From Basidiobolus ranarum (taxonomy: Eukaryota): a stretch of DNA of 34,397 bases. The notes beneath the pieces were generated by a model. The model worked only from the letters and a program-made list of their open reading frames with translations, had not been told where the DNA came from and made no database searches. The translations under genes and the position numbers were made by a program. The stretch spans positions 1 to 34,397 of the forward strand of contig JASJQH010000066.1 of assembly GCA_040143965.1 (NCBI GenBank), written 5' to 3'. Positions 23,061 to 34,397 of this stretch are shown piece by piece. Every line of letters begins with the position of its first letter. The stretch's first letter is position 1.

Positions 23061-24912
23061 ATGCCTTTCTACGCAAAAGACAACTGCACGTTTCCTTTCA
23101 CAAATCTTTACCAAGCCATCAGACACAACCATGGTATTTCTTTGCGGCATTCTAGCCTCTCTCTCACTGCTTTTGAACTCATCCCTTTTTCTTAGGCCAC
23201 AGCTACACTGCGTTAAACAATACTGACGGCAACTCCGCAGTCAGATCTGATAACCTTTCCGACCTAGAATGCCGTTATGAAGCACCAGTGGTGACACAAA
23301 AGGAACTCCGCGGTTGGTACGGATATGGCTTTGCGGTTAGTACTTTACTGATGAAACCATCAACGAGAAGAAAACCATTTATTGATGTACATTCAACTTC
23401 GATTACAGTGCGAACCATTCTCAGTATCTGCCTTAGGTGTATTCATACCCATCATTCTGGAATCTTTGGCAGCAGAGGCTGGCTACGAGCTCGACTACTA
23501 CACACCTTGTGATACTTCAGCAGCCCAGTATAACTGTGTGATCAAAATTGGGAGTGTCTATGTTGGTACCAATAGCTTCTCATTATATGTCCGCGCTATA
23601 TCTGTAGCCTTTCAAGCATTTGTGTTCATCGGCTGTGGCGCAATTGCTGATCATGGAAGTAAGTACATCATTATAGAATTGCAGTAAATTATCTTCAGTT
23701 TTTAATTGCTTCCTGTCAGGGTGGCGTAAAACATTCCTCTTACTCTTTGCGATGATGGGCTCTATCTCTGGAATGCTCTTTCCTATTGCGTACAAGCCTT
23801 CTCTATGGTGGCTCGCTACGATACTTAGTATAATAACTTGTGTCTGCTTCGGAGCTTCTTTCGTATTTTATGCATCATATATTCCCACTCTTACTCGTTA
23901 TCATCCCAACGTTCTTGAAGTTCATTCGCAAGGCGATGAAGAGGAGGTTGCTCGCGTCACTGAAAAGGTAGCAAATTCTATCTCAAGCAAAGGGATGGCT
24001 TGGGGATATTTTGCCGGAGTAATAGTATTGGCCATCTCTGCAGTTATTGTTTACGTACTAGGCCAATCTAACTACAGGTAAATAGGTCTATCTAGGCTTT
24101 GTCATTGAAATTCTCACTAAACCACTTCATACCTCAGTATGCAAATCGCGTGTGCCTTCACCTGCTTTTGGTGGTTTATCTTCACATATGCACCCTACAA
24201 ATGGCTAAAATCTCGACCTGGACCGCCACTCCCTGAAGGAGAGTCCTACTTGCTGTATTCTTGGAAGAAAATGTTCAACACTGTATCTCATATATCGCAG
24301 TTAACTCAAACATTCCGTTTTCTATTGGCTTGGTTCTTCATCTCAGACGCTATCTCGACTACCACATCGATATCAATATTGTTCTGCAAAACTGTTCTTG
24401 GCATGGGTCATGCTGAGCTTTTGATTGCAGGCATCATAGTTCCACTCACTGCCGGCATAGGAAATTTCATGTGGCTACATATACAAAGGAAGTATAGGCT
24501 CCACACCAAATTCATGATCACCATGTTAGTTTCGATGTACGCCGTTCTACCCATTTATGGTCTACTAGGGTTTGTACTTCCTTTTGGGATTCGTCATCAA
24601 GCTGAAGCGTGGGGAGTTTGTATATACATTGGCATTCTCCTTGGAGCTGTTCAATCATTCTGCCGTGTCATGTATTCAGAACTCCTTCCACCTGGCAAAG
24701 AGAGCGAATTCTTCAGCTTATATCAAATTACTGATAAGGGATCAGCTTGGATTGGTCCATTGATTTGCGGAGCCGTGGCTGACTACACTCAAAATTTAAG
24801 ATATGCTTTCTGGCCCATTGTGGTAATGTTGCTTATTCCAGTGATGGTGATTCGCAGTGTCAACGTTAGTGAGGGCAAAGCCCAAGCTCAAAGATACCAA
24901 ATGAAAAATTAA
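23061..24912 (+). CDS. ATG22: Autophagy-related protein 22 (vacuolar amino-acid efflux MFS transporter), ~531 aa; exons 23061-23133, 23196-23335, 23409-23658, 23720-24077, 24138-24912
   Basis: TQKELRGWYGYGFACEPF, GAIADHGRWRK, WLKSRPGPPLP, FLLAWFFISDAIST and SFCRVMYSELLPPGKESEFFSLYQITDKGSAWIGP are Atg22-family motifs. Four in-phase introns. The start codon is uncertain. Confidence 0.92.
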
Positions 24913-25648
24913 GTAAACCTGTGGAACCCAATCGAATCTATCATGAACGCAACATAGAGTTGAACTGCCGACCTTCCTTCATTGTAAACATACTTTCCAT
25001 ATCCCGTCCCCATTGTATTGTAATCTTTAAAACGTCTCGGCATGTATTAGCTCAAATATGACATAAACTCGCCTTTTTACGTTCTATTATCTGTTAGCTA
25101 TCGGCAGCAAATTTACAAGTGACATTTTTTTGATGTTTAAGTTGCGTTCTTATATCCACACAATCCGTAATGTCTTTACCGCCACTACCTTTTTGAAATG
25201 ATCACTGAGCGTCACAACACCTTTTTCCAACTCAATATTTGCTTTCACAAAATCTCTCGAATCAATGAATTAATTGATAAACCACGTCAAAACCGACATT
25301 TCAGTAGGCCCTTGACTCCAATCATAGCCTTAAAGTACTCCTCCAACTCAGGTCCGTCATATGATGGTCAGAACTTTTATCACCATGGCGATTTAGCCTT
25401 TGTGTACATTTTGGCATCGTAAACCTCCAACCCCACCGCTTATTCAAGAGATATAACCCAGATGTTATCTTATTTCTGGTAAATAGAATCGCAAGAAGCA
25501 AAGGTAGTAGATATTACAATAGAATGCTATAAGAAAATAACAGTTTTATGAGATGTGGAGGTGAAATGATTCTACCAACAGGTCAATATGAAGGAAAGTA
25601 GAAAGAATCAAAAGAACTTGATGAATGAATGAATAAATCAGCGTTGAA

Positions 25649-26369
25649 TTAAAGTCTACGCTTGAACAATGAATGCACCTCCTGTTCAACTGCCCAAATA
25701 TGAGTTTTAAGCTCGAGATGTTCAATATTAGCCGAATCCTAATTTAGAAGTTCAATAAAGTTATTATGATTCTCGTATCAGAAAGAAAATCAATATATTC
25801 TTGGCTTACATGAAGTTTACGTAATTCACGTCGAGTTTTCTCTACTTTTTCTTTACTAACCAGGTTATTCTTGAAGTCGTTTAATTCCCCATCAACCACT
25901 TCGATCTTTTGGGCATATTCCTTAACCTGTAAGAAAAGTGGAATAAAATTCGTTGGGTAAGAACAACACATCAAACAGGTTCTTATTTGGTTGAAGTTTT
26001 ACCTGGTCAGTAGAGGCCTTAAGTTCGTCGACTGCACGTAGGATTTTGGTGGAAGCATTTTGATACTCCTCTAAGAGGCAGTAATAGCTCAAAGCACCAG
26101 CGGTCGAACCACCTATAATGAATCCCAGTATACTAAGAATATTATCACCATTAGTACAAGCATAACAAAGATAAACTAGTCAGTATCCAATATTAGCTGG
26201 AGTTTCCTTACCCTCCTCCAATGCTACCCATCTTCTTCTTAACTACTTTAATTTCGTTAGTACGTTCAGCGAATGCTCCACTAGAAGCTTCAAGTCTTTG
26301 AACGGTAGTGGAAAATCCACGACGAACTGAAATAGAACGAACAGTGCGACACAAAGTAGTCATGACCAT
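25649..26369 (-). CDS. Small fungal mitochondrial protein (presequence, one TM helix, coiled coil), 164 aa; exons 26369-26212, 26132-26003, 25926-25810, 25738-25649
   Basis: Arg/Ser/Thr-rich presequence (MVMTTLCRTVRSISVRRGFSTT), Gly-rich TM segment (GGGILGFIIGGSTAGALSYYCLLEEY), heptad-like C-terminus, and three in-phase GT-AG introns. Confidence 0.85.
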
Positions 26370-29293
26370 GGTTGAATATAGTTTTTTTAAAAAAATATAT
26401 CTTAGGAATAGAACGAAGCCTATAAAAACAGCAGGGGAATGAAACCAAAGAAACGATTACTCTCTATAATAGCTAACTTCTCATCATAAGGAAAGGAAAT
26501 AAGATATATGAACTTACAGGAAAATCAGGTGAACAACTTGGAATATGCGTTGGATTATCACTTGGGAGGAGATATATATCTTCAAACCAGAGAGGAAAGA
26601 TAGTGACAATATTTTACACCCGAGAATGTAAGGCAAGTAAAATGATTAACCTAGCAATAATCTCTTTACAACTATGGTCTAGTGAATCGATCATTGGCAA
26701 CCCAAATCTATACATCCACCAATTTTTCAATGGATAATTTAGTTAACTTGCCGATTTTAGCACGGATTTCATTGGATTGAATCAACTCCCCTGTATTTTT
26801 GTTCAACCCTCCCACCCATTCATTGGCCAACCAAAAAGCATGGGGGAGTATGTGGGGAATGCTCTTGATGCATCCCATCATCCCCAGCTAGTTCAACAGC
26901 TCAAGATCTCTGTTTGTGAACTGGGAAGAAACGGTGTTTAACTAAAACAGTTCGTCACCAAACGTGTCAAATGCCATTCCTCCGTTAGTTATCCTGAATA
27001 TATAACACTCAATACACCCATTAATAGTACATGACCCTAGACCCTCTGAATAAGCCAACTATTAAATAAATGGACATGAAAGCTCAACAGCTCAAGATAA
27101 TCAACAACACTCAGATTAACCAGTGAATAGCGCAAATTTTAACCAACATTTAATCATTTACTCACTCGGTGACCCTACACTTTACTGCAGAGACAAACCC
27201 CAAAATCCCACCCAACTATTGAAATTTGACTTTGAGATTACTCTCAACATGGCTGAAGAGTTTTAAAAGTACAATTGTCATGTAGTGATTATCTCACTTA
27301 ATTTCATGGAACATAAACAACGAAGCAGTTAGGAAATGGGTTAAGAGCGAAGGGTTTGAAATACCTAGAGTAGCCATACACCTAACTTTAGGAACAATGC
27401 TAGATGAAAGTCAAGTCTTGAAGAGAGGTGAGAGTGGGCAACGACTAGTTCGTAGCACGTGATATACCAAGGTTGTGATAACATTTCTGTGACGTAATGT
27501 TGGAAGAGTAACTTCATAGAGAAGATCGGAACTCTAAGTAAGTAAAGTAAGTGAATGTTCAGATAATGAGCCAAACTTAGACTCGAAACAAACAGATTAA
27601 AGTAGCTTCGGAGATATAGTGAGAATCGAATGCAATGTGAGTGATAGTGAAACATATCGCAAGTAGAATTTCATAGATAGCGGAGCTGCGAAAGATGTGC
27701 GAGAACATGAATACTCAGTCGGTCTCAGTTTCCAAAAACCTATAGGTTGCATGCATATTACTAGAGCACTTGAACGAAGAGAGACGCTATGCTCAACAGA
27801 GAATATCTACTAATGGTGGATACACCATCGGCCACTAAGATAACTCACCGTTTCGTTGGGACTGGCAACCTTCCACTGATGTATTGGCTCTGTGTCGGAT
27901 AGCATGCTTATCTGATGCGCATATGAAATAATTATACGATCTATGATGTGGCTGTGACACTTGTTTCAACCTAAACCATAAAAATATGAATTTGAGTATA
28001 AAGATTGCGGTGTGGATTATCTGAGGACCCTTCACACTACGCAAACAAATAGCCCTTGATGCCTCGACTGCTATTATCGGAATTCGAAGGATATTTAGCT
28101 AGCGTTACCGAGCTGGTACACCCATTCGCCACCAGCAAATATCGCCAAGTGGGAAGAATCTCGGGCGGTTTCCATTTGGGGATTGACTTTGAGACAATTA
28201 CCTACCAATACCTCACGTAGCCTGTCTCACCACCTCAACAAGATTGCATTAATTCTGAATTGAATTGTACTCTACAGTGCAAGATGGCAAATACGGATGT
28301 TTCCTTGAGAATTGAATCTAATCGGTAATGCTATTACAACGCTCCGAGCAACCAGGCCAATTGGCAGCAATGCGCTTATGATTATGTGGTTACTGTGCCA
28401 ATGGTGTTCAACCTTGGCACTACCAGCATATCATCCCCATGGTTACATATCATACACCGACTTACACCTGGAAGCTCTTATGGATCAATCAAGCTCAAAA
28501 GAAATGAGAACTCTGGATTGCTCCAGTTACAACAGGGTGCTTGGTCATAAACCACATAAAACGGTATAATATGGGAATTTGCCAATATAAGCATCTGGTT
28601 CAAAGATCTCGGGTGCTGCTGGATCGTCCGTGTCATCACTGGATCCTGACATATACTTGATAAATAGTTACCCGAACTGACATATTTATCACCAATGGCG
28701 GTTTGGTTGCTGTGTTAATAGTACACCCATGAGAATTTGGGGTGTCTGCAAGATGGGAATCTCTGGAATTCAGGGGATTTTCCGTTTGGAAGCACTATAC
28801 TATTTTCGAGAATGTCGGTGATATCCAGGATTTCCCTTACAATCGCTGACTGAGTGGTTGCCATTTGGATTATTCGGTTCCCCAAAATTATCCAGGATTT
28901 TGATTTTTGTTGGCTTGAATAGGATTATATATGACTTGGCTTGTCGGTATGCAGGGGTGCAAATACCATTCTCAACGGTGATCCCGATGATTGGTTACTA
29001 CCGAAAGTTCAGCATTTCTTTCAACTTCTGCATGAGAAGAGACTCTTTGTCCAGGAGATTCACGGAAATATGTTGGTGTCGGGCCCAAGAGAATTGTGAG
29101 TCTTGACAATTCAAGTAACAAGCTTGGGATTGACCCTTCGATTTCTGGATGATTATTGGGTCTAGTATTGGCTTTCAGAATCATCTCAATCCTCAATTCA
29201 CGATGATTCGCGGATGTTGAAAATATGGATTCTAGGTGGTTCCTTTTTTACCAACCGAACTTTGCAATAAGCGACGGATGCGAAAATTCATCG

Positions 29294-29507
29294 TGATCAT
29301 GATCAAGGGCTATGTGCTATAGAACGAGACTGCTATTGAGGGTTTATAGTGATCTTCGATAGTAACCACATTGATAAGGGATCACACGAAGTTGTATCAC
29401 ATAGTAACAGGTGATCAGCGGAGATGAGCCCTTGATCAGCACTGTTGGAGATAAGTAGTTTACAACTTTGGCCATCAATAAGCTTTGATCATTGGATACG
29501 TTGATCA
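29294..29507. promoter_or_regulatory. Cluster of six TGATCA palindromes upstream of the forkhead gene
   Basis: TGATCA at 29294, 29300, 29412, 29433, 29486 and 29502, plus TGATCT at 29350 and GGATCA at ~29380. Function is inferred from position only. Confidence 0.55.
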
Positions 29508-29607
29508 CTGACTATTGCACAAATCCTTGGCTCGAATCCAAGTTCGATGATTTCTATAACGAATTCTCGGACCCGGCTCTGCTTTTTTTAACCACACTTA
29601 CATCTCT

Positions 29608-29615
29608 TATATAAA
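29608..29615 (+). promoter_or_regulatory. TATA box (TATATAAA) of the forkhead gene
   Basis: Consensus TATA about 90 nt upstream of the ATG at 29701. Confidence 0.6.
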
Positions 29616-29700
29616 GCTATTGCCAGGTCGAAGGATTTCCCATTCATCTACTATCAATACACTATTTTCATTTATATAATTTTTGGGACAACTTGCTATA

Positions 29701-30759
29701 ATGGTTTCTACCATCAACCTTCAAATGAGCTCAATCTTCATGGAAGATTTCACAGATAACTCAGACACTTCCACTTGTCCTTCCCCAATTACCACCTCTA
29801 TCTCCGGATACAACTCCGACAATTCAGAGGAGGAGCCTTCCAACAATCCGACGGAAGAGAAAAGCTCCAACGAGCCCAAGCTCACATATGCAACTTTAAT
29901 CGCTCAAGCCATCATGTCCACATCTGAGCAAAAAACATTGCTACAAGACATATACTCGTATATTACCACCAACTATGAGTATTATCGCACATGCAGCAAA
30001 CAGTGGCAGGTAAATAAGCAATCTTCGTCGTACAGTATTTCGATTTCTATACTCATATAACATTCTTAGAACTCAATTCGTCACAATCTCTCACTTCACA
30101 AAGCCTTTTGCAAGTTACCTCGTCAAAAGGGTACTCCTGGAAAGGGGAATTTTTGGACTCTGACTGATGAATATAAAAAGTTTTATATCGACGGAGAGTT
30201 ACATATCCCTAAAGGCTACGAGTTGGTCAAAGAAGGCACAAAAACTAAGAGCAAGGGAAAAGTCACCAAGGCCTCTCTTCGTCAACAAGTAGCCCCATAC
30301 TGTAAGCCATCTGACGGAAGCATTTTACCTAGTCCTCCACCAAGTACGATTGAGCATGTTAATCTATCCAGTATTTCTGGTACACCGAAATCCAACCGAG
30401 ATCTTTTACCTACTCCGGACTCCACTCCCAACAGCCTTTGTTATAATCTCGACGACACTCCTACACATGCAAGAGTGAAAAGAATGTGTATGAATGAATC
30501 GGAGGGCTTTGGGACCCACGACCAGCAATTGCTATTCCCTGACCTCAACCTATACAATTATGAAGTTTACCAACAGATGTACAGTAGTACCCTGGCCTCT
30601 GCCACTGCATATCAGAATATGCTTTATGATACATACCCTGAAATGAAGGTTGTACCAATAGAGATGGGTATAGCGCCTGAACTCCTCATGGGACCCAACC
30701 CGGGGTTCTTTCAAACTACTGAATCGTTTGATGTTGAATGTTTCTTGAAATTCGAGTAG
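29701..30759 (+). CDS. Forkhead (winged-helix) transcription factor without FHA domain, 332 aa; exons 29701-30009 and 30070-30759
   Basis: [30 protein letters not shown]...[20 protein letters not shown]...PGKGNFW, with a 60-nt phase-0 intron at WQ|NS. Confidence 0.93.
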
Positions 30760-33700
30760 GTCAATCTTTTCCTAGAGCAAATAATTCACCATCAAAAATT
30801 ACATTTGCAATAGACTGTACATAATCCTTTTCCTCCCATGTCACCTGCAAATTTCAAACTACATGTGTTCATAAGTCAGCATTCTACTCGATTACAAACA
30901 ATAAAGTCGTTACCAATGTACAAATTCAGTAGCACCTTCAATATACATCTGGCATGCAACTTGTTTCTTGTACTCATTCCAGTAAGCAGCAAAAGGAAAT
31001 TAAAATGTTTGTGGTCAAGTATAGACTATATAAAGTATATGTAGATGAAACAACATATCGATAATGACATACACAGCCAGAGCGCAACCAATTTCTGCTT
31101 CTCGTGAGGTCATCAAAGTAAGATCGCAGGGTTTTTCCAAGTACTGCTCAGCTGCTTAACATAGATAAACTAAATAATTCATTTGCCACCCAAACCAGTT
31201 GAGATTCTCGGTATATTTCCTACGTCCATTGATTGGCTCTAAATCATCATTGATTTTGAGATATGCGGCGTTTGTGGTAATTTGGTGGCTTTTACGATTA
31301 TTTTAGTAAATTTCCTCGTGGATTAATACACGTATGGATACACAGAAATACCTCAATGTGTCCATTAAAAGGGAATCCAAAGTCATTTTTGAATCTACTT
31401 GCGAGATTGAACTTGAGCCAGGCCTTGCAACCCATGCATTCCAAATCAAATGAGAAATGGAGTCATAATGAAGAATTCCAGGTGATTTGGAATCATCACC
31501 AAAGTCGAATACCGGATTGTGGCGTTACAATAGTGTGCCTCAAAGATGGTTCATGGAAGTAGCATTCCACAGTCCCTAGAATGTCATTTAGATTTCGTAG
31601 GAAAGATGAGCCAGCGGATCCAAGATCCCGTTCGAATTGCATCTGTCTTATTTACCATATCAGTATCTCGTACCATGCTTCGCTGAGACTGCATCTAAGA
31701 GTGATTTTGCAATACCTAATACTGACAGCTTGTGGCTCAATCTTGAGGCATGGTACTGGTGACGCTCGATTCCCACCTAGGTAATAGAGTTAATTACTGG
31801 CTTAAATCAGGATAATATCGTTGCATTAGTTGGCCATATTAGATTCAATACCGCGCTTAAACATAGGATTCGATTGAGATACCCTTGAAGCGGCTTGTAG
31901 AAATCAATACTATATTCCGAAAAGCTCAAATGGGTATAGATTTCCTTGCGTACAGGATATAGAAATGATCCTGTTATGCATCTAGGTCCTGGGTGAAGAA
32001 AGCCCGATTCAAGAGCCAAAGCTTGGGCTCTAATTTGGTTAATTTTAACCGCCGCTTGTCGAGCTCCTGGTCTCTTTCTCAATGCTTTAGAGACACACAA
32101 GGTTCCTTCCTCATCACGCTAACGTTTCTAACGAAAGCGGTACTAAACAGTTTTACCATATTCCTTATCGAGAGGGATGAAATGAGACTCAATAGAGTCC
32201 GCCCCAATAGAATCCTAGTTCTAGACTAGGGTAGCTGAATACCTACAATGTATGGGGTAACTACCGAGAGCCACTCGTGATTTCTATATCCATCGTAGTT
32301 GGCAGAGAATACTAGCTAGTATCAAAACCAGTTAGAATACTGACTCTCCGTTAGAGATGGAATGTTGATTTGATTTCATCGATTCTGCGTTTAGCTACTG
32401 ATAGCCTTTGGATGGTACATGCATACATATAAGTGGGCCAGAATCGATGATGAATTCAAGCAGGAGAGCAATTATTGTACCTCCGATTTATTTTATTGGA
32501 TACAGGACTTGCGAGCTATCCCGGATCTAGAGAATCGGATACTTTCATCTGATCACCATTCGATGCCCCAAATGTTAGTGGTTATAGATGAAACTGGCTA
32601 TCTTCTATTTAAGGAATGAATCGCTATCCCGTTAATAGAAGGTAGTTAGGTTACATATAGATTGAACCAATGAGCTATTTATAGTACTGAAGCACAAGGT
32701 ATTCCAGATAGAGGATGTCTCAGTGGGTGGCTGTTTTTAGTCTTGGAAGCCAGCCAGCTAATCTGGGATAGAGTGGGAATTTAGTTGATAAGCATTGAAA
32801 TGAAACCATTCTTCACCATTCCTTTAAATGGAACGTTAGGTGCACGCTATGTGTTTCGATTCCTTCAAATGATACATTGATGATTGTTCTCATCAAGGTT
32901 CCCACCGATGTTTCCAATACAGAACCTCCGTTAGTGGTTGTTGCTTACTGCTTCATTCGATGGTGGCTTCAAAAGGTGACTTGGGATGTTGTAGGTATCA
33001 TCCATGCACTGTATTAATACTGGCTGCGTAGATAGAGCTTCTATTTACCCATGTCTTGCAGCCGTGTCGGGAAGTGGCACATTCGATATCGCGGTATGGA
33101 GCTCATAGGCAACGAGAAAGTATTTCAACAACCTAAGGGTCTGCGATTGAAGGGGGTACAATGGTTTCAAACCCTACAGCAAGAGTAACTGACTTTCTTG
33201 TGATAGAGCGCTCATATCATATTGCTGTAATCACATGAGTGGGGTGCGCTTCATTGCCTACCCAATAATTAGTACAGAATGTGCTTAATTTCGATTCAAT
33301 ACCTATTGCGCAATTACATCAATAATTATTTTAGATAATGGTTCTGTTCGGTACTTGCAGGTTGACTCTTCTCACTAGACCTATTACGTGATATTGTGTC
33401 TCCATGCCAACTGAAACCTTGTACTCATTTTTGCACTGTTACCTACTAACTGCCACTACACCAATCACTTCCAAATCTCATGAAAACACAGCTTTAATTC
33501 AGAAATTGCGCTGTTCTTGTTTTAATGATTATCCAAAGTAGTCTACCTGCTACCAAAATGTAGTTACCAAAGACTCTAACTTGCCGAGCTTCAAAAGAAT
33601 ATAATTTATCTTTAGCCTATATAAACCACTTTGGCTGCATTCGCATTAGATTGACACTTCTCATCTTGATTCTGTATATATTGTTGAAGTTTATTCTCTT

Positions 33701-33970
33701 TATCATATTTGTTATCCCTATCTTTACGCACCTATTTATCATAAAAGTTAGTTAACATTATTTAGTCAAACATGACTTGCTGAAAATCGAAGCATATATT
33801 TAATGTGAATTATCCAACAATTAGCAATGTCATACTTGAAATTTCAAAGTCATCACGATCACTCAAATGACATAGCATCATCATTCATTACATTCTATTG
33901 ATTGAAATACTATATCCAATTGAGATCTTTCAACAATCAAATTGCTTTGAATTAGATCTACAGTTATTAA

Positions 33971-34295
33971 TGTTGAAGATGACATAGATTGAGCGTCTAT
34001 ATCATCATATAGCTAGCTACCAAAATTTCACTATGTTATTACTCAATACATTCATGAGCAACTTACTCGGAATATTTTTACCAACTTGGAAGTTCTCAGA
34101 CTTTATGCTCTCAAACTTGTCCAAGAGAACTTTTTACACGTGTTTATGGAACCTTTCTGAACATGTTCTACACATTGGTTTTGCTGAAGTATTTTGGAAG
34201 TTTGTTGGAAGTGGTTTGAAGAACTAGAAGAATTGGTGGTTTTCACTTATTGATTTATTGAGTAGAGAGTTGATATGTATAGTTTTTGTTGGATA
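33971..34295 (+). mobile_element. Solo LTR of family A with its 3' ~110 bp inverted
   Basis: 33971-34181 aligns forward with the first ~230 bp of LTR-A (starts TGTTGAAGAT). 34182-34287 is the reverse complement of the LTR-A 3' end (..TCAACTCTCTACTCAAT..AAACCACTTCCAACA..AAATACTTCAGCA). Possible ATTAA target-site duplication. Confidence 0.8.
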
Positions 34296-34397
34296 ATTAA
34301 TCTTTATTCAACATCATAGTTAACTTTAGTTATGATACATATATCAGAAACAGAAAGCAACGTATCTATAGCCCCTATATTCTAAATAGGAATATCT

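Noticed and set aside
18108..23360. Hammerhead ribozyme cores (CTGATGA at ~18108, 21606, 22299, 23348 and minus-strand copies)
   Set aside because: None has a stem II followed by GAAA plus matching stems I and III.
11629..24912. Endosome/vacuole gene cluster (Lst2-like, BZZ1, ATG22)
   Set aside because: The genes are kilobases apart with unrelated sequence between them and no shared motif that I can see. Coincidence is the simpler reading without synteny data.
27365..29196. Short ORFs and an ATCCAGGATTT repeat (~28823, ~28890)
   Set aside because: No homology signal. A two-copy 11-mer is not enough to support a feature.
1..34397. tRNA, rRNA, CRISPR array or prokaryotic operon
   Set aside because: No cloverleaf around the GTTCGA-like motifs I checked, no repeat-spacer periodicity, and the gene structure is spliceosomal.

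Overview
Eukaryotic, intron-rich, AT-rich DNA, most likely from an early-diverging fungus (Zoopagomycota/Mucoromycota-like; inferred from gene content and 55-120 nt GT-AG introns). Positions 1-4600 are a CpG-stripped nest of degenerate Ty1/copia retrotransposon 3' ends from two LTR families, stacked in the same orientation. The rest holds eight scattered genes: an F-box-like protein (-), a 191-aa orphan (+), an Lst2/ZFYVE28-like protein with no FYVE finger (-), Bzz1 (F-BAR/C1/2xSH3, 15 exons, -), a spliced ~61-aa microprotein missed by the ORF track (+), Atg22 (+), a small mitochondrial single-TM coiled-coil protein (-) and a forkhead transcription factor (+). A solo LTR with an inverted 3' third lies at the far end. 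I see no convincing new multi-gene system. The best leads are the FYVE-less Lst2, the microprotein, a dense TGATCA cluster in the forkhead promoter, the inverted solo LTR and a speculative IstB-like ATPase relic. All alignments and family calls were made by eye and from memory, with no database searches.
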